Positions 49,024 to 58,450 of a stretch of DNA of 64,000 bases are shown piece by piece (position 1 is the stretch's first letter; each line of letters opens with the position of its first letter). A program made the translations under genes and the position numbers. Location of the stretch: the NCBI GenBank assembly GCA_965223265.1, contig OZ244999.1:3328001-3392000 (forward strand). Reading direction: 5' to 3'. Source of the DNA: Planctomycetota bacterium (GTDB lineage: Bacteria; Planctomycetota; UBA8108; SXIK01). The notes beneath the pieces are model-generated. The model did no database searches, was not told the DNA's origin, and saw nothing but the letters and a program-made list of their open reading frames with translations.

Positions 49024-50481
49024 GTGGCAACCTCGGCTAACCCTGATTTCGTCGATCAGCTACAGGGAATCTTTCCTGCCGAGCGTTTGCTGCACCGAGC
49101 TCCCGAAATCGCACCCTACGAATCGGACGCATTGACGGCGTTTCGGGCTCGTCCCGCGGCCGTCGTCCTACCGGAGAGTTCAGAGGAAATTGTCTCGACC
49201 CTCAAACTATGCTATGCCGCCGGCGTGCCGTTCGTCGCTCGCGGCAGCGGGACAAGCCTTTCGGGGGGCTCTCTTCCAATCGCCGGTGGTGTTGTCATCG
49301 GGTTGAATCGACTGCGCAAAATTTTGCGATTAGATCCTCGCCAGCGTATCGCTGTTGTCGAGCCTGGGACGATCAATCTGGCGGTGTCCCACGCTGCTGC
49401 GCCGTACGGGCTCTACTATGCCCCAGATCCGTCGAGCCAGAGCGTCTGCACCATTGGCGGCAATGTCGCGTTCAATTCAGGCGGCGCACATTGCCTGAAG
49501 TATGGGATGACGTCAAATCATGTTCTTGGACTGAAGGTCGCGCTACCCGACGGTGAGGTTGCGGAACTTGGCGGAGAGAGCCTCGAAAGCGTTGGCCCAG
49601 GTTACACCGGAATGTTCGTCGGATCGGAAGGCCTCTTCGGCATCGCGCTTGAGATCACGCTCAGGCTATTGCCAAGACCGGAGACCTACCGAACGCTGCT
49701 CGCTGCGTACAGCTCTCTCGAAGCCGCGGGTGACGCTGTGGCGAGTGTGGTCTCTTCAGGCCTGCTGCCGGGAGCGATGGAGATCATGGACCGCCTGGCG
49801 ATCGAGGCGGCGGAGGCCGCCGTCAGCGCTGGTTATCCACGCGATGCGGCCGCGATTTTGATCGTCGAGCTGGAGGGGCTCGGGGCTGAAGTCGAAGCCG
49901 AGTACACCGAACTCCGCCGCGTGATCGATGCGTCAAACGCCGACACAGTCCGCATCGCCTCAAGTGATGATGAGCGCGACCGCATTTGGAAAGGGCGCAA
50001 AAGCGCATTCTCAGCGGTCGGGCGCCTCAGTCCAGACTACATTGTTCAGGACGGTGTGGTGCCGCGGAGCCGTTTGGGCGAAGCCCTCGCCACGATCGAA
50101 CGCTACGCCCGGGAGGCAGAGCTGCGGGTCGCGAACGTCTTTCACGCCGGCGACGGCAATCTCCACCCATTGATCCTCTACGACGGGCGGCAACCCGGTT
50201 CACTCGAGCGGGCTGAGGAGCTTGCCGGGCGCATTCTGCGGTTGTGCGTCGACATGGGAGGATCGATCACCGGAGAGCACGGCGTGGGTGTGGAGAAGCG
50301 TTCTTACCTTCCTGATATGTTTGGCGCCGAGGATATCGACGCCATGCACCGAGTCCGGTGTGCGATTGACGTCAAGGAGATCTCGAATCCTGGGAAAATG
50401 TTTCCGTCTGGCGAGGCGCCCTCGCTACAGCTGCGCGGTCCGCACCCGCTAGAACGTGAAGGCAAGATTTCCCGCGAGTAG
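49024..50481 (+). CDS. glcD: Glycolate oxidase FAD-linked subunit GlcD
   Basis: [66 protein letters not shown]. Confidence 0.92.
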   Translation: MATSANPDFVDQLQGIFPAERLLHRAPEIAPYESDALTAFRARPAAVVLPESSEEIVSTLKLCYAAGVPFVARGSGTSLSGGSLPIAGGVVIGLNRLRKILRLDPRQRIAVVEPGTINLAVSHAAAPYGLYYAPDPSSQSVCTIGGNVAFNSGGAHCLKYGMTSNHVLGLKVALPDGEVAELGGESLESVGPGYTGMFVGSEGLFGIALEITLRLLPRPETYRTLLAAYSSLEAAGDAVASVVSSGLLPGAMEIMDRLAIEAAEAAVSAGYPRDAAAILIVELEGLGAEVEAEYTELRRVIDASNADTVRIASSDDERDRIWKGRKSAFSAVGRLSPDYIVQDGVVPRSRLGEALATIERYAREAELRVANVFHAGDGNLHPLILYDGRQPGSLERAEELAGRILRLCVDMGGSITGEHGVGVEKRSYLPDMFGAEDIDAMHRVRCAIDVKEISNPGKMFPSGEAPSLQLRGPHPLEREGKISRE

Positions 50482-50576
50482 ATTGACCTTCGAATGTTGA
50501 CATTGGTCGGCGACGAGCTATGCGTCGTTACGTTGCGGCATGTTTCGCGGCGCAGTGCAGGCCAACGCAAAACAAG

Positions 50577-51674
50577 ATGATCGAACCACAAAGTATCGAC
50601 GAGCTCCAACACGAAATCCGCAAGGCCAACACGACACTCGTGGTCCGCGGAGGAGGTAGCAAGCGGGGTCTTTCGACCGTTCCTGTGGGAAACCTTGGGG
50701 TCGGGATGCAGCGATTGAGCGGCGTGGTGGAATACGATCCCAGTGAATACACCATGACCGCACATGCAGGTACGACGTTGGAAGAAGTTACGTCGCTCCT
50801 TCAGGAACGCGGCCAGTACCTGCCGTTTGACCCGCCGCTGGTCGGGCGCGGTGCGACGCTTGGCGGCACTGTCGCCAGTGGGCTTAGTGGTTCGGGCCGG
50901 CTTCGGTACGGTGGCGTCAGCGATTTTTTGATCGAAGTAGAATTCGTCGACGGAGGCGGACACCATGTCCGCGGCGGTGGGCGAGTCGTAAAAAACGCAG
51001 CAGGATTCGATTTCCCGAAACTCATGGTGGGAAGCCTTGGCCATCTGGGAATCCTCACGCGCCTGACGTTCAAGGTTTTCCCGAAGGCCGCGGCATCAGG
51101 GACGCTACGTTTTTGCTGCGACTCGGCAGACGCCGCGGTTGATCTGCAGAGTCGACTGTTCACATCACAGCTTGAGTTGCAGGCGCTCGATCTTGAAGCG
51201 CCATCTACGGTCGTCGTGCGGCACGCGGGCGTGAAAGGTTCGCTTGCTCAACGCGAGGAGCGTGTCGAAGCGCTCGCCGGTCGGTCGGGCGAGCGTGTTC
51301 GCGACGACGAGGACTATTGGCGCAGCGTGAGGGACTTTTCTTGGGTATCGGATTCTGCAGCATTGATCAAAATTCCACTCGCTTCAGTGCTGCTGTTGGA
51401 TCTCGATCAGGCGTTGTCAACGCAGGACATCGAGCGCCGATACAGCGTCGGTGGGAACGTCTGCTGGGCTACCGTGATCGACGCTCGTGGCCTTGAGCAC
51501 GTCCACCGCATCTGCGTCGACTTGGGGCTCAGCGGGCTCGTCGTGTGGTCACTGCGAGAAGGAGGCGACACCGTGGGCTTGTCGTCGCGTATCGGGGTGC
51601 TACGCGACGGCGGGGCTTTCGGTCGACGCCTGAAAGCAGCGTTGGACCCACAGCGTCGATTTCCCGAATCATAG
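50577..51674 (+). CDS. glcE: Glycolate oxidase subunit GlcE
   Basis: RGGGSK, QYLPFDPP, TLGGTVASGLSG, GGRVVKNAAGFDFPKLMVGSLG; lies between glcD and glcF. Confidence 0.9.
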   Translation: MIEPQSIDELQHEIRKANTTLVVRGGGSKRGLSTVPVGNLGVGMQRLSGVVEYDPSEYTMTAHAGTTLEEVTSLLQERGQYLPFDPPLVGRGATLGGTVASGLSGSGRLRYGGVSDFLIEVEFVDGGGHHVRGGGRVVKNAAGFDFPKLMVGSLGHLGILTRLTFKVFPKAAASGTLRFCCDSADAAVDLQSRLFTSQLELQALDLEAPSTVVVRHAGVKGSLAQREERVEALAGRSGERVRDDEDYWRSVRDFSWVSDSAALIKIPLASVLLLDLDQALSTQDIERRYSVGGNVCWATVIDARGLEHVHRICVDLGLSGLVVWSLREGGDTVGLSSRIGVLRDGGAFGRRLKAALDPQRRFPES

Positions 51675-51727
51675 CCTCAACCTCTTGCAGCCGTTTTCGC
51701 AACGCTCGATCGGTTACGCGCAAACAA

Positions 51728-53041
51728 ATGCTTCACAACATAGACCACCAACGACTTGGAACTCACGGAGAGGCAATGGCACGCGCGGTCGGAGCGTGCG
51801 TCCACTGCGGGTTTTGCCTGCCGACGTGTCCTACGTATCAGGTGCTTGAAGAGGAGATGGACTCTCCGCGAGGGAGGATCTTCCTCATGAAGGAAGTACT
51901 CGAAGGTGCGCTGCAGTCAGACGATGTCGCAGCGTACATCGATCGCTGCCTTGGCTGTTTGGCCTGCGAGACATCTTGCCCGTCGGGAGTTTCCTATCGG
52001 GAACTGGTGACGCCGTTTAGAGCGCGGCTCGAGGAGTCGAGAAGACGGCGTGGGATCGAGCGCCTGCGGCGCTTCCTTGCACTTCAGACCCTACCCTTTC
52101 CGAAGAGATTTCGACTCGCCGTACGCCTGGGTTTATGGGCGCGTCGCCTCGAACGACTCGTGCCGAAGTCGATGCGCCCCATGCTTGGGTTGTTGCCGCC
52201 GGCGTTGCCGCGACACGTCCGACTACCAGAGCGAACTCTTCCGCTGGGTGAACCGCGGGCTCGCGTCGCGCTGCTTGCTGGCTGCGCTCAGCGCGTTCTT
52301 GCGCCGAGCATCAACACGGCGACGATTCGCGTCTTGGCGCAGAACGGTGTCGAGGTCTTGGTGCCGCGTCTTCAAGGGTGCTGCGGTGCGCTGAGTCTTC
52401 ACAGCGGCGAGGAGCGGCAGGCGAAGCGTTTCGCCCTGCGACTGATGCAGAAGTTCCCAGCGGACGTCGACGCCATCGTGACCAACGCCGCGGGTTGCGG
52501 TTCTGGAATGCACGAGTATGAACAGTTGTTTCGCGGTACGCCACATCACGGCGAAGCAGCCGCATTCTCTCGTCGCGTGAAAGACGTGCAGCTGTTTCTG
52601 GCCGAGCTCGGGCTGCGAACACCAGCACCGCGTTCGAGGTCGATTCGAGTCGTCTACCAGGACGCCTGCCATCTCGCTCACGCGCAGAGTGTGCAGTCTG
52701 CCCCACGGAAGCTGCTTGAAGCGATCGACGGCGTCGAGGTCAGCCGCCCCGATGAGGCGGAGATCTGCTGCGGCTCAGCAGGTATGTACAACGTCGAACA
52801 ACCTGAGATCGCAGCACAACTCGGACGCCGCAAGGTCGCTCGCCTTTTGGAGGCTAAGCCGGATTTGATCGTTTCTGCCAATATCGGCTGCATCACCCAG
52901 CTGCACGCTCATCTTCAGGCTGAAGACGTGGACGTTGCCGTCGTTCATGTGATGGAGTTTCTCGATTGGGCGTACGCTGGGTCGGAACCAGTCGATGAAA
53001 ACGGTTCGAAGCGGCCCGTCAGCCTACCGGAAGACGCGTGA
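51728..53041 (+). CDS. glcF: Glycolate oxidase Fe-S subunit GlcF
   Basis: CVHCGFCLPTCPTY, DSPRGRI, CLGCLACETSCPSGV, two CCG domains, SANIGC. Confidence 0.93.
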   Translation: MLHNIDHQRLGTHGEAMARAVGACVHCGFCLPTCPTYQVLEEEMDSPRGRIFLMKEVLEGALQSDDVAAYIDRCLGCLACETSCPSGVSYRELVTPFRARLEESRRRRGIERLRRFLALQTLPFPKRFRLAVRLGLWARRLERLVPKSMRPMLGLLPPALPRHVRLPERTLPLGEPRARVALLAGCAQRVLAPSINTATIRVLAQNGVEVLVPRLQGCCGALSLHSGEERQAKRFALRLMQKFPADVDAIVTNAAGCGSGMHEYEQLFRGTPHHGEAAAFSRRVKDVQLFLAELGLRTPAPRSRSIRVVYQDACHLAHAQSVQSAPRKLLEAIDGVEVSRPDEAEICCGSAGMYNVEQPEIAAQLGRRKVARLLEAKPDLIVSANIGCITQLHAHLQAEDVDVAVVHVMEFLDWAYAGSEPVDENGSKRPVSLPEDA

Positions 53042-54241
53042 CATGCTCGTTTCGCCGTAGCCGGTCATCTCGAGGTAGCCTTGCCCGCGAACAGAGGCTC
53101 CGTTTCGTTTTCCCGAGGCGCGGATGCAACCCTCCCAATAGGCGAAGCCGACGGTATCGAACGCTCGGAGCTCTTGATGTTCAACAGCCGCTTCGACGTT
53201 GAGAGTGATGGCTTCGCTCGGGATGGCGATTCGCCACACGACCGGATAGTACGTTTGTGTGTGAGGTGAGCGCCACTGCTCGCGAGGCTTCAGCGTGAAA
53301 TCAGCTGCTGAAATCTTCGTCACGGTTCCGTCCCGCGTACGCACCGTTCCGGAAGCAAAGCGAGAGGATTCTGCAGTTCCACCGTGGATGCGAAAGAGCA
53401 TGAGGTCGGTGCCGTCGTCGAGTTGTAGCGAGATCCAGTCCCAGCCGCGGTCTTCCGCTGTCAGGAAAGTGCTGCCGAACTCGTGGTCCATCCAACTGTG
53501 GCCGGTGACCTCTTCGCGGCGCCCAGCGACCACGATCGTGCCCTGCGTCTTCAAGCGAGTCAGCGAGTAGTAGTGTGAGGCGCTGTCTCCGTCAGCGCTC
53601 TTGCGGCTGTATCCGTTGCCGCCGTGAAGGAGTGGTGCTCTGGTGCTGGTGAGCTCGAGGTCTATTTCATACCCCTCAGTCGCTGCGAAGAGTCGGTGTC
53701 GACCTTGGTCGAGCCGTGCCGACCACTCCTCGACCCAGATGTGAAGATTCCCTTCTTGGGCGCCAGACCAACCGATCCCCGGGCGATCGAGGCGTTCTGC
53801 GTGATGAAATGCTTTTTCGGACACATCGGTGAGAGCAAAGTGAGCGACCAACAGGTGGCGGATCGCCCACGCCGACGGATTCTGCGTCTCTGGCCGTACG
53901 CCGACCCGAAAGAAAGTGAGCTGATATCCATAGCGGCTCCCGCCTGAGTTTGTGAGGTTGCCAGAATAGTACCACCACTCTGTCTTGTACTCCGGGTGTG
54001 CGCCATGGTCGTGAGGGAAGTGCAGTCGTCTTTCGGGGTCAGCTTGTGCCCAGCGCTGGTCGCTGTCGTCGGTCGGTGCGCGCAAGCTGCGCGCAGTGTG
54101 TGGGGATGTCTCCAACTCGTCCTGAAGACCGGGAGCGCCGCGGCGACAGTTAGAGTTGCTGGCCGTAGTGCTGATCAAAAAGAGGGCCACTAGCAGGCGT
54201 GTTGCCATGTTGGCGCCGAGCGAAGGTGCTTCAGTCTTCAT
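53024..54241 (-). CDS. Secreted AttH/CrtC-like lipocalin-domain protein
   Basis: FPHDHGAHPEYKTEWWYYSG, GYQLTFFR, SHYYS.TRL, WMDHEF, GWDW, YWEG, GYLEMTGY. Start at 54241 or 54208. Confidence 0.88.
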   Translation of the reverse strand: MKTEAPSLGANMATRLLVALFLISTTASNSNCRRGAPGLQDELETSPHTARSLRAPTDDSDQRWAQADPERRLHFPHDHGAHPEYKTEWWYYSGNLTNSGGSRYGYQLTFFRVGVRPETQNPSAWAIRHLLVAHFALTDVSEKAFHHAERLDRPGIGWSGAQEGNLHIWVEEWSARLDQGRHRLFAATEGYEIDLELTSTRAPLLHGGNGYSRKSADGDSASHYYSLTRLKTQGTIVVAGRREEVTGHSWMDHEFGSTFLTAEDRGWDWISLQLDDGTDLMLFRIHGGTAESSRFASGTVRTRDGTVTKISAADFTLKPREQWRSPHTQTYYPVVWRIAIPSEAITLNVEAAVEHQELRAFDTVGFAYWEGCIRASGKRNGASVRGQGYLEMTGYGETSMSRVFR

Positions 54242-56861
54242 CAATCTGCCATTTCGAGGCGGCGGCGAGGCGGCGGCGAGCCGACATGCGCCCCGAGTAC
54301 AAACCGGCGAGCAGCGCTGCAATTGCAACACAGGTGGTCGCTTGGAGCAGGAAAGTCCACGGTAGCCGGAATTGAATTGTCCAGTGAAAGGATTGAACGT
54401 TGATCACGTATACGAGGATCAAAGAGAGAAAGAACCCTGTAACCGCACCTATGAGGAGACTCGAGAGCGTCACTAAGGCGCCCTCACACGCGATGATGGC
54501 CGTGCGTTGGCGCGCTGTCGTCCCGATCGCTGTGAGCCGGGACAGTTCAATCCGGCGATCGAGGACAGAAGTCGTCAATGCCGAAACCAAAGCGAGAGCA
54601 GCGATGAACATCGCGATGATCTCAAGCGCGTAAGTGATAAGAAAGGTGCTGTCGAAAATGCGGCGAACTTCGCGACGAATCCCTTCTTGCTTTGCGATCG
54701 TGACATCCTGAATCGGGCTCAACAGACTTGCGATGCGCGCGCGAGCCAAATCTGGCGACACTTCTGGCTTCAAATAGAGTGCTAGGCTACGCACACGAAC
54801 CGGCGCATTCTCCGCCTCGAACAGCTTTTGGTACGTCTTATAGTCCATCAGAACGGTGCCACGGTGGTTCGAGTAATCGAAGAATACGGCGGCAATTCGC
54901 AGCTCGCGGGGACCGTGGCGTGTTCGCAGAGTGATCGCGTCGCCATTCCTTTTGCCGAAACGCAGCGCAAAACTTTCCGAAATGAAAACGTCCTCTGCGT
55001 CAGGGGGACTGCGAGGCGGAGACTTAAACGACAACCCTCCATGCGTCACGACGACACCGAGGTCTCGGACTGCCAACGAGGTGAGTTGACCAGCGTACTC
55101 GAGCTCTACCAACTTCGAGCGGTCGAGCGCTTGGACGTCGTCATCCTCGCTCAGCGCTTTGACAACATCCGGGAGCAGCGCCGCGTCTTGCGTCACCGTC
55201 TCGAGTGAAGTCGGTTTGAGGAAAAGGTCCGCCTGAAGCGTCTGGTCAGTCCAGTACATCACGGTGTCACGGAAACTGCCTACCATGATCGCGATTGCGA
55301 CGAGCATGGCAGCGCTGACTGCGAGCGAAGCAGATGCCAGCGAGAGTTGCGCCGCACTGGCGTTGACCTGGGCGGAGGCGAGTCGAAGCATGAGCAACCC
55401 ACGACGGCCATTCGCGACGAGCTGTTCCACGGAGTGAGCTACGACGCGCAGGGCGGGTGCGACGAGGAAACCTCCGCAAAGCAGGCAAAAGATCGCTGCG
55501 AAATAGCCAGCGACCGGCAGCCCATTTGATGCGGGGAGTAGGCTACAGACCACGGCCAGCGCTGCACAGACGATCGGTGCCGCCGACAGTTTGGGCATGC
55601 GACGGCTGGGTGGGGCGGGTCGCATAGCCTCGACGGGCTGGACCTGAGCTGCCTGCCTTGCCGGCCTCCAGCCGGACAGGACCGCAAGCACGACCGCAGC
55701 GAAAACGGCGACCGCGGCGGTTACAGCGGAGACGTTTGACGTTTTGATCACATCGGTGGCGGCCTGCGCGACGTAGAACGTCTCCACTGTTGTTGATGTG
55801 GCCTGCACGGTCCAGTCGGCCAAGTAGGTACCGAAAGGAACACCAGCGAGAGAACCGACGAGTGCGAAGAGAACGGCCTCGCTGAGAACGAGCACCGTCG
55901 ACTGGCGCGGGGTGACGCCGACAGTTGCCAAGAGACCGATCTCACGGCGTCGACGCCTTACAGAGGTGGAGAGTCCGTCGTAGAGAAGAAAGAGCCCGAC
56001 AACCACGGCCAAGGAACCTAGGGCATTTAGATTAAAGTGGAACGCCGCGATCATTCTCTCGACCTGCTCGATGCGCCCACTCGGGGTGCGGACGAAAAGA
56101 GATGAAGGGAGGCGCTGTTCGATCGCGCTCATCGCGCTTTCGACGGAGATATCTTCGGCCAACCTCAGGTCGACGCGATCCACCTCGCCAATGCGCCGCA
56201 GCGCGAGCTGGCCGGCGGCGATGTCCATAAGGACAAAGTTGTCGCCGAGAGTTCCCGCGAGGCCGGTTGGCCGCAGAACGCCACGCACGACATAGCGGCC
56301 TTCAACTCCGTCGAATCGTAGAGAGATCTCGTCGCCGACGTCGATCGCGTGCCGGTCACAGAACGTCTGGGTGAGAATGATCGCGCGGTCCTCACCGAGC
56401 AGCCGAATCAGCTCTCGACCGCTTGATGGGGCGGCGGCGTCGCTGAAACGCACCAGATCGTACTGGCGGATATCGTGATCTCGTAGGATGTCCACTGCAA
56501 GCACTTGCAAACGTTCCGGCGCAGGCGCTTGCGTGGGAGAAAAGGTGGCACGCCCTTCGAGCATCGGACTCAACCGGCCGAACTGACGTATCCATGCGAG
56601 ATCGGCCAAGAGTGCTTCGTCGAAACGCCCGGCCGCGGACACGATCTGCAAAGAGGCCTTGCCAGCGATTGACTCCGACGCGACTCGAAACGCGGCGAGT
56701 GAGGCGGAGTTCGCGGTATGGATCGCGATCGGCACCGCGACGGCGGAGGCCACTCCGACGAGAGTGACGACAGATCGCAGCCGACTCCGCCAGATCTGTC
56801 TCAGCAGCAGAGCGTTAACGAGGAACCGAAACGCTCGGAGGCGACGACTCAAATCGTCCAT
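54231..56861 (-). CDS. Duplicated FtsX/MacB-type ABC permease (AttF/G-like)
   Basis: Two MacB-periplasmic + FtsX halves; MDIAA.Q, AFHFNL.AL, RRREIGLL..VG, IMVGSFR.TV..W, IFDSTF.IT, VINVQSFHWTI. Confidence 0.9.
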   Translation of the reverse strand: MDDLSRRLRAFRFLVNALLLRQIWRSRLRSVVTLVGVASAVAVPIAIHTANSASLAAFRVASESIAGKASLQIVSAAGRFDEALLADLAWIRQFGRLSPMLEGRATFSPTQAPAPERLQVLAVDILRDHDIRQYDLVRFSDAAAPSSGRELIRLLGEDRAIILTQTFCDRHAIDVGDEISLRFDGVEGRYVVRGVLRPTGLAGTLGDNFVLMDIAAGQLALRRIGEVDRVDLRLAEDISVESAMSAIEQRLPSSLFVRTPSGRIEQVERMIAAFHFNLNALGSLAVVVGLFLLYDGLSTSVRRRRREIGLLATVGVTPRQSTVLVLSEAVLFALVGSLAGVPFGTYLADWTVQATSTTVETFYVAQAATDVIKTSNVSAVTAAVAVFAAVVLAVLSGWRPARQAAQVQPVEAMRPAPPSRRMPKLSAAPIVCAALAVVCSLLPASNGLPVAGYFAAIFCLLCGGFLVAPALRVVAHSVEQLVANGRRGLLMLRLASAQVNASAAQLSLASASLAVSAAMLVAIAIMVGSFRDTVMYWTDQTLQADLFLKPTSLETVTQDAALLPDVVKALSEDDDVQALDRSKLVELEYAGQLTSLAVRDLGVVVTHGGLSFKSPPRSPPDAEDVFISESFALRFGKRNGDAITLRTRHGPRELRIAAVFFDYSNHRGTVLMDYKTYQKLFEAENAPVRVRSLALYLKPEVSPDLARARIASLLSPIQDVTIAKQEGIRREVRRIFDSTFLITYALEIIAMFIAALALVSALTTSVLDRRIELSRLTAIGTTARQRTAIIACEGALVTLSSLLIGAVTGFFLSLILVYVINVQSFHWTIQFRLPWTFLLQATTCVAIAALLAGLYSGRMSARRRLAAASKWQIDED

Positions 56862-57513
56862 CTCTCATTCGCAGATTTCGTGATGCTGTGGCCGCCACTT
56901 CCCTGTCATGGGTCGCCAGGACAATCGTAACTTTTGACTCGCGGTTGAGCTTTTCGAGAAGCTCAAGGACGACTCTCGAATTGACGCTGTCGAGGCTTCC
57001 GGTCGGTTCGTCAGCGAGGAGGAGTACAGGATCATTAGCGATCGCCCGGGCGATCGCAACGCGCTGCAGCTCACCTCCCGAGAGCTCCGAGGGAAACCTC
57101 CGCGTGTAGTCCGCCAGGCCGACGGAAGCGAGAAGGTCCGTGGCGCGCTGTCGAGCCGCCGTCGGCGTCGTTCCCGCCAGGATCAGGGGCAGCGCGACAT
57201 TCTCCACCGCGCGCAGAGTCGGGAGGAGGTTGAAGAACTGAAACACAAAGCCAACCTTGCTGCGACGAACGAGCGCAAGGTCGCGCTCATCCAGCTGGTC
57301 GAGCCGCTGCCCCGCGAGTCGAACGCTGCCGTGCGACGGGCGGTCCATTGCGCCTGCAATGTGAAGGAACGTGGACTTGCCGCAGCCTGAAGGGCCGGTC
57401 AGAGCGAGAAACTCACCGGCCGCGACGTCGCAGTCAACGCCGCGGATCGCCTCCACGGCTTGCGGCGGCCGACCGTAGTTTTTTTCTACGCTACGAAATT
57501 CGAGGAGAGGCAA
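56815..57513 (-). CDS. LolD/MacB-type ABC ATP-binding protein (AttE-like)
   Basis: GPSGCGKS, GFVFQFFNL, LSGGELQRVAIARA, LLADEPTGSLD, ATHD. TTG start at 57513 is inferred. Confidence 0.93.
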   Translation of the reverse strand: MPLLEFRSVEKNYGRPPQAVEAIRGVDCDVAAGEFLALTGPSGCGKSTFLHIAGAMDRPSHGSVRLAGQRLDQLDERDLALVRRSKVGFVFQFFNLLPTLRAVENVALPLILAGTTPTAARQRATDLLASVGLADYTRRFPSELSGGELQRVAIARAIANDPVLLLADEPTGSLDSVNSRVVLELLEKLNRESKVTIVLATHDREVAATASRNLRMRDGRFESSPPSVSVPR

Positions 57514-57523
57514 AGGTTCGCTT

Positions 57524-58450
57524 TCAAGCGAAGTACTCGCGCCACAGGAGGCGAGCCCAGATCGGCAAACGTTGGCGGTTGACGACAACGCCCGAGATTT
57601 GGGCATTGGAATCCTCGGCAACCTGTATGCAGCGATCGAGCTCGGCGAGACGCGTCTTGCCGGCGGCCGTGACAAGGTAGAGACGGTCGGCGACAGGGGC
57701 GAGAAAGACGTTGGAAGACTCTTTGGCCAGAGGTGGCATGCCGATCACGGTGAAATCGAAATGTTGCTTCAGCGTGTCGAGAAACGAGTGCAACTGCTTG
57801 TGTGAGAAAAACTCGAGGCTCTTCTCTCCCAAGGCGTTTCGTAGGAAAAAGACGTTCGGCTTCTGCGGGTTGTAGTAAGTCAAAAGACGGCTCGGGCCGC
57901 CGTCGACACTGCGAGTTCGTTTGGTGAGCGACAGGAACTGAGTGACCGCCTCGAAGCGTTCAGAGTCGAACGTGCCGTCGAGATAGGCGATGCGAAAGTG
58001 CGTGTTGGAGCCGAGCGCCAAAGAGAGTAGCAGCGAGATGATGTCGGAGCCTTCGTCACCTTGGACATCCGCCATAGCGACCGTCAAACCAGTGCCTTGC
58101 GTGCCTTCTTTGAGCTTGGAGCGAATCACCGCGTCGCGGAGCTGAACGAGCGCTTCTTGCATACGGCTGTCAGAGGCGACTCGAAGCAGCTGGCGAAAGA
58201 ATGACTTGTGATCACGATACCTCTTCGGCAGTCGAAACTTGCCGTTGAGGTCGTATCCCATGAGCGACGTGTTCTTCGGCGCTCTGGCAAGCGCTCGCTC
58301 CCTCGAAGAAGAGTCGTTCGCAGCACCTCGCTCGGGGGGACGGCCGCGCGGCGGTTCGCCGGATCCGCGCTCGTCCATGCGGCGCGTTTCGTGTGTTCCG
58401 GGTTCGTCAGCCATTTCGCTCTCGCGAGATTCTCTCTCCGTCGTCTTCAT
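57524..58450 (-). CDS. CpsD/CapB (BY-kinase)-like protein with degenerate nucleotide-binding motifs
   Basis: EALVQLRDAV, TVAMADVQGDEGSDI, RIAYLDG, FLDTLKQHFDFTVIGMPP, APVAD..LV..AGKT, ISGVVVN. ATGA overlap with the co-polymerase gene. Confidence 0.75.
   Translation of the reverse strand: MKTTERESRESEMADEPGTHETRRMDERGSGEPPRGRPPERGAANDSSSRERALARAPKNTSLMGYDLNGKFRLPKRYRDHKSFFRQLLRVASDSRMQEALVQLRDAVIRSKLKEGTQGTGLTVAMADVQGDEGSDIISLLLSLALGSNTHFRIAYLDGTFDSERFEAVTQFLSLTKRTRSVDGGPSRLLTYYNPQKPNVFFLRNALGEKSLEFFSHKQLHSFLDTLKQHFDFTVIGMPPLAKESSNVFLAPVADRLYLVTAAGKTRLAELDRCIQVAEDSNAQISGVVVNRQRLPIWARLLWREYFA

Noticed and set aside
53024-54241. Carotenoid hydratase CrtC
   Set aside because: No crt genes nearby; the signal peptide and ABC linkage fit the AttH-like group.
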